A stretch of DNA of 63,471 nt, the filler included, from Atractiella rhizophila (taxonomy: Eukaryota): the NCBI GenBank assembly GCA_021432655.1. It is 52 parts of 52 records of this genome, joined end to end, with 100 filler letters (N's around TTAATTAATTAA, not from the genome) between each part and the next. Parts side by side here need not be neighbours in the genome. Positions count along the whole stretch, not along the records: positions 1 to 1,183 come from MU273094.1; positions 1,284 to 2,458 come from MU273095.1; positions 2,559 to 3,733 come from MU273096.1; positions 3,834 to 5,005 come from MU273097.1; positions 5,106 to 6,276 come from MU273098.1; positions 6,377 to 7,541 come from MU273099.1; positions 7,642 to 8,806 come from MU273100.1; positions 8,907 to 10,070 come from MU273101.1; 44 more parts are not named here. One strand, given 5' to 3'. Shown piece by piece: positions 1 to 10,741 of this stretch; within the stretch, counting starts at the first letter, position 1; the number at the start of each line of letters is the position of its first letter. Position numbers and translations under genes: made by a program. The notes beneath the pieces were generated by a model that saw only the letters and a list, made by a program, of their open reading frames with translations, did no database searches and was not told the DNA's origin.

Positions 1-19
1 TATGTAATATACATCGAGA

Positions 20-161
20 TGTAGTGGTGGTGACCTCAGAGTATTCTCTTAGGTTTACCTCCACTACAGGTTAGTCTTCTCATGCCATACTATTCACTTA
101 GGTTTACCTCCACTACAGACGCATCACCCCTCAGCGACCACACATAGTGTTTGCCCTAACA
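20..161. repeat. Terminus of a dispersed repeat (LTR-like end ...CCCTAACA), shared with 44447-44555
   Basis: 22-bp direct repeat CTTAGGTTTACCTCCACTACAG at 48-69 and 97-118, plus an imperfect inverted copy at 20-39. Matches the reverse complement of 44447-44555, and both copies end in CCCTAACA. Confidence 0.75.
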
Positions 162-748
162 ACACACTTACATTGAGTCACATTCCCTACCTCTTAGCCA
201 ATGCAGCTACAGCACTCCACAGGAGCTCATCCACTCGGCTTCCCAGAGGGGTTTATTGCTAGATGTGCCGTTTGTTTTCTCACATATTGCCGCTCGGTTT
301 GGGGAATGTTATGTGGCTTATGTAGCTTCTCTTGCATGAACTCACAGGAGAAATTATGGGTAGTGTCAGGTTTGCATCTTATGCAAATCGGCGCCCATCC
401 GCCGGATTGCGTCTCCTATCGCCCATTGGCTTTCCCCGCGAATCGGCGCCTGTTCGCCCGTTTGCGTTCTATACAAATCTGCTAACCGTCACCACTCTGC
501 GTCTTCCGTTCGCCCATTTGCACCTGCATCACCACTTAGCCCATTTGTGTCTATTCTTCTCTTATTAACTCTGCATAATTCCACTGTCACTTCCCCTTTT
601 TAGTTCTCTTACATGTTTCATCTGCTCTCCTCTACACTCTGTGGCAGTATTATTCCGCTTGTATATATTGATCGGATCTTGACTTGGAAATGGGTGACAA
701 CTGAAAGTATTCTCTGCTGCAATAAAGCTAAAATACTAGATTATCATG

Positions 749-1183
749 TTAACCCCGAGTAAAGAGGTCCCTCAGCACTGTATCTCGTCTCCTCTTCGCA
801 TTTTGGAGCATTTGCACACTCACATCATCAGTGATCCCATTCCATGCATCCTCTCAGTTGTCAGCTCCATCCTCATCACAACATTCAGCAGCCCTTGATT
901 CAGCCAGTTCCCTTCACCTCACATCCTAGCTCCCCCCGTGCTTTGGATGATAGTGAGTGATATTCTGCTAGATCTTCTACCATGTCCCCCATATCCAAAC
1001 AGATGTTGTGTACAATCATCATTGAAACAACACTGGCATATATGTCATTGCATGTAATCCCTGGTCATTCCATGAAGAGCAGGAAAATGACCTTGTTGCT
1101 AACATTAGAGTATCAAAGTTGCAAGGAAGAAGAAAAGCTAACCTTTCAATACACCAAATGCATTTTCAATAATAACACGAGCT
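749..1183 (-). mobile_element. Degenerate PIF/Harbinger (HARBI1-like DDE) transposase, C-terminal part
   Basis: Translation ARVIIENAFGVLK-[intron]-GHFPAL...MMIVHNICL...acidic stretch...AKRRRDTVLRDLF matches the Harbinger R-x-x-IE-x-AFG-x-LKGRF...LHN motif. Stops and frameshifts are present. Confidence 0.75.
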
Positions 1184-1283
1184 NNNNNNNNNNNNNNNNN
1201 NNNNNNNNNNNNNNNNNNNNNNNNNNNTTAATTAATTAANNNNNNNNNNNNNNNNNNNNNNNNNNNNNNNNNNNNNNNNNNNN
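1184..1283. other. Artificial contig-joining linker (first of 51 identical copies; last at 62300-62399)
   Basis: N44-TTAATTAATTAA-N44, with stops in all six frames, recurring every ~1.2 kb. The contigs between linkers shrink steadily from ~1175 to ~1072 nt. Confidence 0.99.
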
Positions 1284-1804
1284 CGCCTGTTTGATCGAGA
1301 GTGCTGATGGATACCAGGGAGAGGGACAAGGCTATTCGTCGACAGAATGCCTGGCAGCAAGTCAGAGAACTAGCACTTCGCAACTCGGATGGAAGGATCA
1401 CCAGCGAGGCCCGAATAGAAGAGCAGATCGACACCGTCATGTTCCCTGCAAAGGACGAAGAAGCCGATGATACATTTGAGCCTGATGCCATGACACGGGT
1501 GTCTCTAGATAACCCAACCTTGGAACACGAAGAGACAGACATTCAAAATGAAATGGTTTGTTTCGTCACCTGAGCCCGATTCGATTTCTGACTCTCTTGC
1601 AGCAAAAATTCCCTGCAACCCGCTCCAAAGCTCCGCATGTGCGGCGTAAAGTACGTTGCCTGCTCACTTCTTCAAGTTATCTCATAAATTACCTTCCCTT
1701 AGAGCGTAATTCCCCTCGATCCAACCACATTGCTCGAGCTGTCACAGCATCGTTCCCTGGAATGGAGGGAGCATTCCAATGAACCTGATCGTGAAGAGTC
1801 ATGA
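1284..1804 (+). CDS. RTS1: PP2A regulatory subunit B56 (Rts1/Par1-like), 3' end
   Basis: With two GT-AG introns it reads RLFDRVL...RQNAWQQVRELALRN...HVRRKSVIPLDPTTLLELSQHRSL, resembling the B56 C-terminal W-x-x-x-x-E-x-A helix and the RRKS-x-LP-x-DP motif. Confidence 0.7.
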
Positions 1805-2040
1805 GTACTTCTCTGTTGTGTTTTGATTCGCTGTTATTTTCTATTGGCTGAGCGGCTGTATTGTTAAGCGTAGAAAATTGAATGCGTCAAGTGAATCTAT
1901 GTTGAGACTCCAGACTGTCTGAAGCCAACTTGGAATTTGTTGCGGAATTGAGCTTTATACTGTAAGCTTGACTTCAATGCAACGAATTAGTCATCGTCAA
2001 CCAGAACAGATATCCCTCACTTCTCTCACTTGCTCTCAGG

Positions 2041-2344
2041 ATGGAAAAGCGAAAGAGTAGTGCAATATCCTCCTCAGAAGACGAACAGGACGCTAGAAAA
2101 AAGAAATTCTTCAGCAATCAAGTTACATTGGAGCAGGAAGTGGAGGGTTCGAAGAAGGTGGACGCAGTCGAAGCCAAAGACATGGATATGAATGAGGACG
2201 ATGTTTTGTTTGTGAACAGGACAGAGATAACGGATGAGAAGAAAGTCACTTCAAAGCACGAGAAGAAGTCAGCAAGTCTGGGGGGACGGGGGGGACATGC
2301 AATCATCAAACCTCAGGTTGGGTGGACGCGCAAATATATTGGAG
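2041..2344 (+). CDS. First exon of a protein with a charged N-terminus; possibly Rad5 (start of HIRAN domain)
   Basis: The ATG ORF ends in WTRKYIG just before a GTAAGC donor, similar to the start of the Rad5 HIRAN domain. The contig ends before this can be confirmed. Confidence 0.35.
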
Positions 2345-2558
2345 GTAAGCGTTTTCCTTTCTCCCTTCCTTGAACAATGGGTCTATGAAGGAGAACGAGC
2401 AACGAGTGACCTGTTACTCCGTTCTCCCAGTATAAGTTCAAAAGCGTTGTTCCTTTCANNNNNNNNNNNNNNNNNNNNNNNNNNNNNNNNNNNNNNNNNN
2501 NNTTAATTAATTAANNNNNNNNNNNNNNNNNNNNNNNNNNNNNNNNNNNNNNNNNNNN

Positions 2559-2812
2559 AACACTTCCGAAACTGCATTCCTCCAACACTTCGCCACCCGT
2601 GCAAAGCGGAAAAGATCCCGCTGATACAGTTGATATTTGATCTGGTATTTGTACGGGTATCGTTCCGATCCTATGACATCCACAGGACGCGGATAATTGT
2701 GATGTCGCTTGGTTGGCGCAGACGTGGGCGGGTTGGAGAAGCTGAAGTGGTCTGGACTAGTGGGACGGGTAAATTTGAATATCTCGACGAGGGTATCCAC
2801 TGGGAGCGACAT
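2559..2812 (-). CDS. F-box-like protein, N-terminal fragment
   Basis: MSLPVDTLVEIFKF...RDLFRFARVAKCWRNAV fits the F-box pattern LP-x-E/D-x-L-x-x-IF...V-x-K-x-W, with a long insertion. Confidence 0.6.
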
Positions 2813-3593
2813 GCTGCTTACTATGCTTGCGGTGGTGGCAGAAATAGAGGCGAAATCGTTTAAATGCTAGAGGTAGTAGTTAGATCAAGTCAAAGCAGAG
2901 GCGAGTTCGGTCCCATTAACAACTCCATTCCCTGAGATCACGGTATCAACCGCGAGCGAACGAGGAGATTAGGCGGTTCTGAAGCCTCGCTTTTGGAGAG
3001 CAACCTGCAGCTGATCATGTAGTCTAGCTTTCAATGATAGCCAAGTGTATGTCGGAATTTTATACCAAACATATCGTTTGGCATGCATTCTCAAGATTAA
3101 CACCCCTAGTTTCATGCACGAGTATCGGTGCGACCGTAGAGTAGTATGTGCGCACCAGCACATCATTGCTGATGTTCAATTATGCAATTCTCACGTTCAA
3201 CTTGTAATCATTGAAGGGGAGATGTGCTGTGGAGCTTGCAACCGATGGCACTGAACATCGAAAGTCCTAACCGACCTTGCTCTCATCAGGTAACACGCGC
3301 CATCTGACCATGGCGAGTGATGGGCAATCAAGTTCTTTACTGCATAATTCTCACAGATATAACTTTTCTTGCTTACGTCCCATCATTCCCTGGACCACTG
3401 AATGAACGATGTAGTGATGCGGAACAGCTCACCGTTTTGCAGCTAATTCACGTCAACCACTTGTTCTAATAATCTGCTTCTACCTCATATATAATACTAG
3501 ATTCCCCTCCATTCACTTCTCTGCGTCTTCGTCGTTCCCTGTTTGAATGATGTAGTCACATCTTGGCGACTAGTGAAAAGGGACAGAGGCTGA

Positions 3594-3733
3594 GTCAGCA
3601 GACCCGTCGCCCAAGGGGTCGGAGACCGTCAGGGTTAAAACTGGTCGAAAACTGGTCGACCAGTTTTGTGCTGTGGGGAAACTGGTCGACCAGTTTTGAG
3701 CAGACTCGCCCAAGGGGTCGGAGTTGGTCGGCG
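3594..3733. repeat. Palindrome-containing dispersed repeat (probable transposon terminal/subterminal region), copy 1
   Basis: Perfect palindrome AAAACTGGTCGACCAGTTTT at 3648-3667 and its 18-bp core at 3679-3696. GCCCAAGGGGTCGGAG occurs twice. The same modules occur at 19944-20004. Confidence 0.8.
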
Positions 3734-4027
3734 NNNNNNNNNNNNNNNNNNNNNNNNNNNNNNNNNNNNNNNNNNNNTTAATTAATTAANNNNNNNNNNN
3801 NNNNNNNNNNNNNNNNNNNNNNNNNNNNNNNNNCGAAGCCTGAGCGTCCGAGTTGGTTGGGGTTGCAGCTTGAATAAAACGCCGGTGGCAGTATCGAAGC
3901 GGCCAGCCTAAAGTGACGTTACAACAACAACCACCATTCGACTCGGAGCACTTTTCTTCTTCTTCTTCAGTGTCTTCTTCTCCCTCTTTTTCAAGATTTT
4001 CTAGAAAATAAAAGTACGAATAGAGCA

Positions 4028-5005
4028 ATGCAAAACGTACTCACCTCTTTCCGTTCTTTTACAGACATGAAGCTCGAAGCTTTCCGTTCGAAATTGCACA
4101 TACACGAGACGCGACCTGTCGGGTTGCAACATCAGGAGAGGGAAGTGGAGGTCATTAAGGAGGCAGGGAGGTGTTTGGTGCATTTAAGGAGCATTGAGGG
4201 GGAGATGCAAAAGTCAGCTTTCCTCGTTTTAAGTGTTGTTGACATCGCTGACGAGGGAACAGGTATAATTATCTCGCGTCCCTCAGGACAAATAATCACG
4301 ACGTGTTCTACCGACTGCTAATCGACAATCTCTCAGTATGTCACTCTCTAACTTCTACGCCGAAACAAGGCAATTGTGAACTCATTTTGGTGCTAGGAAA
4401 TCACGCCTCTAATCTACACGCCTACAATAGGAACAGTTTGCGAGACTTTCTCTCAACTTCCTCCTCCGCTCACGACATCTCACCCTGCGCTCTACCTCTC
4501 CCTCAAAGATAAAGGCAGGCTCGAGAGCATCATCGCCAACTTTCAATGGAAGAAGAACGCACCAGTGGACATGATTGTCGTCACTGACGGATCGCGAATT
4601 TTGGGTCTTGGAGATCTTGGAGTAGGAGGCATTGGTCCGTCTCCCAATCTGTCGTGCCATATTGTTCTTGTGTTGACATTGGCTGGTCCGAAGGTATACC
4701 CATTGGCAAGCTCAGTCTCTACGTTGGCGGAGCAGGTTAGTCTTTGGCCCTTTCTATTTCATAAAGCGGTTCTGACCACGATGTTGGACAGGTCTGCATC
4801 CCGAGCGCACTCTTCCAGTCGTCCTTGATTATGGCACCTCGACGAAACGTCTTCTGGAAGACCCAAACTACATCGGTCTGCGAGAAGAACGCATTCCGAA
4901 TGCAGAAGCGAAGGAATTCGTCCGCGAGTTCCTTCATGCCGTGCACAAGCGATGGGATGGGCAAGCCATTGTTCAATTCGAAGATTTCAACACAGAGCTC
5001 GCTTT
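4028..5005 (+). CDS. MAE1: Malic enzyme, 5' part
   Basis: Spliced translation: KYNYLASLRTNNHDVFYRLLIDNL...PLIYTPTIG...[29 protein letters not shown]...LPVVLDYGT...VQFEDF. Four short GT-AG introns (e.g. 4213-4262). Confidence 0.95.
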
Positions 5006-5144
5006 NNNNNNNNNNNNNNNNNNNNNNNNNNNNNNNNNNNNNNNNNNNNTTAATTAATTAANNNNNNNNNNNNNNNNNNNNNNNNNNNNNNNNNNNNNNN
5101 NNNNNTCCTGCTTGAAATCTCGCTAACAGGACGGCCAATATACC

Positions 5145-6276
5145 ATGTCTGAAGCGCTAGGGTCTACAATACCCGCTCTCGAACGACACGCTGTGTCCGT
5201 CAGCTTGCCCACCTGGAAAGATGTAGTTGACTACGAGTTGGGGGAGAAGAGGGTGATCGGGAGCATGAACAGTGGGTATCCGAGGTTTTTTTGGCATCAG
5301 GATGTTCAAAAGGTGCGTCTTTCTTGTTATGAGGAGAATAAGTGGATTGGGAAGTGTAATGAGCTTCTGTATTCTGTGTCGGCGGAGTCACAATGCTGCA
5401 TCCTTTATTTGTGTCGACAAGCTTCTTGAGGTTGCAAATATTGAATACGTGACAATAGATATGTATTGGGATCAAAAAACTGTTGAAGAGCTTCTTTCAC
5501 GCAAAGAACCTCCTTAGGTGTCCCCTCCCTCCCTCGATCCTAGTCTGCGTCCTATGTTTTAGGCATACATATTTCTATAGCCTTGTTTAAAAGGGAAAGA
5601 TGTAGTAACATGACTTATTTTAGCTGCGAAAAAGCGTATCTTTTTCTTACACTGACCTAAGAAGCGCCTCAGCTTCTTTGTCGCATTTTTTGGTCTGGTG
5701 GCCAGATAAGGCGATTAGCGCTTCTCGTTATTTGCTGCCAACTTCGCACGAGTTTTCTGTCTTGCCGCTTATGAGTTTCAAATAGAAAATAACTGGAATG
5801 TGGGTGCCATTGAATGTTTAACAATCGTCAATAACTTTCGTGACATGAAGTTCTGCTAGCGGGTTTGTTTTTTGGTACATTTCTCCTGACACTACATTTC
5901 GATACCTCATTCTGTTCTGTTCGTGTTGTACAGTCATTTGTGCTGCCACAGGAAAAGCTTCGAATCTTCGCCATGATTCTCAATCGCATTCTGCCACCAC
6001 TCCGTTATGTGGGACACAAAAACTGACTTACTCCTCTCACCTCTGGGTTGATAGTTATGCCGTATCATAGAAACGGAATACGGTTCTCAAAATCTTTCAG
6101 AACGCTGTATATTGTTCCCAATTAGCTCCTCAGTGGAAGAATGTCTCAGCTTCCTCTCCTCCCGCACTCCTCCTGTTAAATGTCGATCGCTCCCAATCGA
6201 CATCGAGAAACGCATCCGGCTCTACGCAGTCTTTGTAGCCGAGGACGATTTTGGAAGGATCAAAGAGTTCTGGCAG
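5145..6276 (+). CDS. STR2: Cystathionine gamma-synthase (Str2/Met-7-like), exons 5145-5312 and 6055-6276
   Basis: LGSTIP...[17 protein letters not shown]...[14 protein letters not shown] joins in phase 0 to [10 protein letters not shown]...RCILFP...KEFWQ across a 742-nt GT-AG intron. Confidence 0.9.
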
Positions 6277-6536
6277 NNNNNNNNNNNNNNNNNNNNNNNN
6301 NNNNNNNNNNNNNNNNNNNNTTAATTAATTAANNNNNNNNNNNNNNNNNNNNNNNNNNNNNNNNNNNNNNNNNNNNGCAGAAGCGAAAAGAGTCCACGGT
6401 CCGTGTCACCGACTCATGCACTACATGCTTTAGATCGCTATTGTTCAAACGAGTTGGCCATGATTCGATGATTCGATGAAATGAAACTGAAATGAAATTG
6501 AAGTGCGAGAAGACACGAAAAGAAGGATAAGATCCT

Positions 6537-7541
6537 CTACATCACGAAGAAGAGCGATACGACGCCTCCTAGAAGCATGAGAGGAGCTGAAAAGGACCAA
6601 GTTGACGCTCCTGAACTTCCTCCAGCAGCTTCAGATGGAGTGGTAGGTGTTGGTGACGGAGATGTGGTAGGAGTCGAGTCAGTGGCGTTAGGAGTCAATG
6701 TTGGAAGAATACTCGATGTAGTGGAAGTGGAGGAGACAGTGGATGTAGAGCTGGTGACAGCAGTCAGCGAAACAGTTCCTCCAGGGTTTCCTCGAGCAAG
6801 GAAGGCGTCGATCATCGTAGTGTTCTGATGGTTCGTTGCTCCACAGTCTCCAACATTAGTGAAGTAGAAGTAATGATCTTTGGAAACAAACGTCAAATTA
6901 ACACTTGACGTGACGAGGAAAAGCGCACCTTCGAGCGAGGTACTGGTGCCTTGGTCACGAGGCATGCAAGCGGCGTATCCTAGTCCATCTTCGAGCCAAC
7001 AGATCTCCCAATTCATTCCAGTTGACGTAGAATTGTAACCGTAATCTGTGATCAACGTATCAGTTCAGCTCAAACTGTATCAGGCAAAGCAACACACAGT
7101 AGAAGGGAGTTCCAGCATGAGTCTAAATCCCAATCAAGTCATCATGTCAGTTTCTGTTTCTGCGTGTTGTGGACAAGCGTACATAGTTCTCAGATTCAGG
7201 AATGCTGACGTCCGAATATCAGACCTCTACTTCAAGACGATACCAAACTCTTACATTTCCGTAATCAGGTCATTTCCAGCCACAGCACGCTCTCCTGCTT
7301 CTCCGTTGAACCTGTTCGGCTTCAGAATCACCCGGTCTGGATTTTAAAGCAAGGCATACCTAACGTTGTAGAAAGTGGCACCGGCTTCATTGAAGGTCCT
7401 AGGTTGCCCTTGTCTAATGATGCTATGTTAGTCTTGTCTGGAGATGTGAGAAGGCTGCACATACGAATGAGAATAATATGCGATCTGTTGGACCTACACA
7501 CCCGAACATTGTTGAATGACTGCGCTGAGGATGAACAGACG
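6537..7541 (-). CDS. Putative GPI-anchored Ser/Thr-rich cell-surface protein, 3' part
   Basis: Cys-containing domain, then an S/T/P-rich stalk, a small-residue omega region (GGSSGAS) and a hydrophobic C-terminus (APLMLLGGVVSLFFVM). Several introns. Confidence 0.65.
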
Positions 7542-10170
7542 NNNNNNNNNNNNNNNNNNNNNNNNNNNNNNNNNNNNNNNNNNNNTTAATTAATTAANNN
7601 NNNNNNNNNNNNNNNNNNNNNNNNNNNNNNNNNNNNNNNNNAGAAGGCGCTCCCCTCCTGGAAGCAAGAAGGCAGCAGCAGAAATGTCCTCGTAAGGATT
7701 GGATAGTTCAACGTAGGATTCACCGGAGAAGGAGTTTATCAGCAAGTTCAGAGGACGGAGTAGCTGCTGACTTCCACAACTAGAATCTTCGCTGGCTTCA
7801 CCCTGGAGTGCTTGCACCGTAACCTTACATCACGAGAGTGCAGCTCGTGAGGCTCAACCCTGAAAACTAGATTGATTGGCTATTGGAGGGCGACCTGACA
7901 TATATGATGGATAAACAGCGGGAGCAAACCTTCCACATTTCAACGACTCAACCTTCCGATGCTTGAAGTCTACTCTTAACCTTCCCTCTCTCGCTGAACA
8001 CACAATCTTGAATGCTGTCTGTGGCCTGGCAACGAGACCGTACTGAGCATGGACTGGATAAAGTCCCTAATCACATCCCTTAAATGGACCACGAGCCTCC
8101 GTCATCATCGGCGTCACGGTAAGAAAATGTTTCAATATCGATGTTGGTTCCTTGGTCAATAATCACGGACACCACCACTTAAATTTAGTCTTCGCAAGAC
8201 GAGGTATGTTTGGAGAAACAGAAAATCCGCTGAACCCTATAATGGATGCAGTCAAGAAGCTTTGTTGAGCAACTGGACCTTCAAGTCTACTTCGGATTGG
8301 TTGAGATATGGCTTGTCCGTGTGGCGCCGTGCAGCACAGGTGGCTGGAGGTTCCGACTCGAATTCAAAGGAATAGGTATTCTAACGAGATATAAAATTCA
8401 GATAGATGAAGATCACTGAGCAGCGAGACATTTGGGCAGCGCGTGACGGCTGTGCCGTTTGCCCAGCTGCGAAGCGACAATTGTGACGATGAAAGACTGA
8501 CACTAACGGACAGCAATGGTTGAAATGGACGGGAGACAAGACGGCTACTTATGCCATTTTTCTGGCTATTCCTTCCACCTTTCACTCATTCGTCCATTTC
8601 TCTCCTTTCTTTCCACACGCAGCCTGTCAACCCACAGTTGCTGGGACCATTACTATAACGCGACTAAGTGTGAGCTGGCAAGGCTCGTTTAGCGGCGGTG
8701 AGTTCGAAATAACGGGTTCTAAAACATGTTTGCATAGTATAAGAAAAGGAACATAGAAGCATAAGTAACAATGAAGTATGCGTACCTAAAACACCCAAAG
8801 AGTCCGNNNNNNNNNNNNNNNNNNNNNNNNNNNNNNNNNNNNNNNNNNNNTTAATTAATTAANNNNNNNNNNNNNNNNNNNNNNNNNNNNNNNNNNNNNN
8901 NNNNNNAGCTGTAGCATAAATGTCGACACAAACATGTCTTGTACAAGAGAGAACGCAAGATGTATAAACTACCTATTGGTGTTCGGGGAGTTGAAGTATG
9001 CACAAACCGAGAGTGCCAGGGAAAAAGCCTGGCTTTTGATATTGGTTACCCATTTTTGAGAGGTTGTGGTGTAGGTTGGATTACGACTCGGAAGATTGTG
9101 CAGCTTATATCAATCCGTTTCAGCTCTTGACGACCATCGAGTTGATTCAACCAAAAATTATGAGGTCAGACTGTCACATCCCTCCAGTGAGCCGTCCAGA
9201 TGCATTTTGATTGCATTAGCGGATCTTGGAATTCTTTGGTTGGGAATATCAAGTCATATACTTTATGCTTCACTTCATAGTAGATCTCGGTGTGTGTTGT
9301 CGTTCATTCACTTGTGACAATAGCCCTGCCCTGCTTCCGGCATCTAATTGATGTGTCCAACGATGTCACACCTTTGAATCTAAAAACGACAGATGTCGAG
9401 TATGGAAGCCATCATTTCCTGGTCCGTGCCTTGAATGCCGCAGTGCAGTGCAAACTGCAGCCAATTGTATATTATGGTCGGTCGACGCAGTCTTCCAACC
9501 TTGCCTTCTCGACAATCACAAAACCTTTCTAGCCTTCGCTTATTCTACAAACCAAGTAACATCTTCGATGTTAGCCAAATTGTGTTGAGAAGCTCACGGA
9601 GCTGTTCTACATCAATTCAGTTGGGACGGAGAGCATGAAGGCAGCGATATATTCCCAAATGACTTTTTCTACCAGTTGATGATTTCAACAACTGTCTGTC
9701 AGCTAGACGTGGGGTTCTGCATTGTAGACTTCTTCGATTCCTCACTTGTATTCCTTAGTTCAACCAACGAGGACGGTGGCTCAGGATACATCTTACCTCT
9801 ACTAGGCCGAGTGGACCGACGAAAGTTTGCTAGAGTTGGAATGTATGGATAAAAATCGACGTCTTCGCTTTGAACTCGATTATGGAAAAGATGGTAAAGA
9901 CAAACATCACTTCCGTTACACGAGGCACCTGAGTATCAGATAGTATTTTGACTGGGATGTTTGACTGGGATGTTTGACATGTCTATTATCACAGTGACAA
10001 CCTCGTTGCGGTGCATTTTATCACCGAAGTAGAAAGAGACACATCGTCTGCAATTCCTTATATTTACTCANNNNNNNNNNNNNNNNNNNNNNNNNNNNNN
10101 NNNNNNNNNNNNNNTTAATTAATTAANNNNNNNNNNNNNNNNNNNNNNNNNNNNNNNNNNNNNNNNNNNN

Positions 10171-10741
10171 ATTCAGCTCGCCATCATTTTCTCCATCGTC
10201 GCCGCTACGAAATACGATAAACCAGAGGACCAAGATACTGTCAAAACACTGCGGTACGCTTTACCATCGTCCTAACGCTACCTTGACGACGGCGTGTTGT
10301 AGTACCCTATCCTCTGTCATAGTGTTGTTGGATTTAGTTTTCGTCCTCCTTCTCATCCTCGCTCTCCTAGTCGTCATGTCTACCAAGAAGCTGTACGGTT
10401 CAAGAACATCGACCATCGTCATCTTCATAGGAACAGGACTTCTCGTGCGTAATCCCTGCCCATCCGGGAATGAAACCTGACTGAATGCAAAGCTCGTCAT
10501 ACCCGCTTATCGATTGGTGACGGGGAGCAACACTGACATATTTTCGAAGACGGCCAAGATTGAGTTTTACCTGTTGCAGCTCCTCCCTGAATTTCTTACG
10601 ACGGTTCTGGTTGTGCTGTGCAAGCTGAAGGAGATGTTTGGAATGCAGAAGGTTGATGAGGAGGAAAAGGAGAGGATGAAGCGTAAATATCCTCATGGAA
10701 GAAACAGGATTGTCAAATTGCTCGGTGCAGGATACTTCTAG
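10171..10741 (+). CDS. Multi-pass membrane protein (RTA1-like C-terminus), 3' part
   Basis: Hydrophobic segments joined by two short introns. PAYRL...FYLLQLLPEF resembles the RTA1-like YR...FY-x-L-x-x-LPE pattern. Confidence 0.5.

Noticed and set aside
5313..6054. TPP riboswitch or C/D snoRNA in the long intron
   Set aside because: The TPP core motifs (CUGAGA and the GAU...AAU.CCAGCG segment) are absent. The only CTGA near a C-box-like word is better explained as the branch site.
9947..9978. 13-bp tandem duplication TTTGACTGGGATG
   Set aside because: About 2.5 copies; ordinary replication slippage with no further structure.
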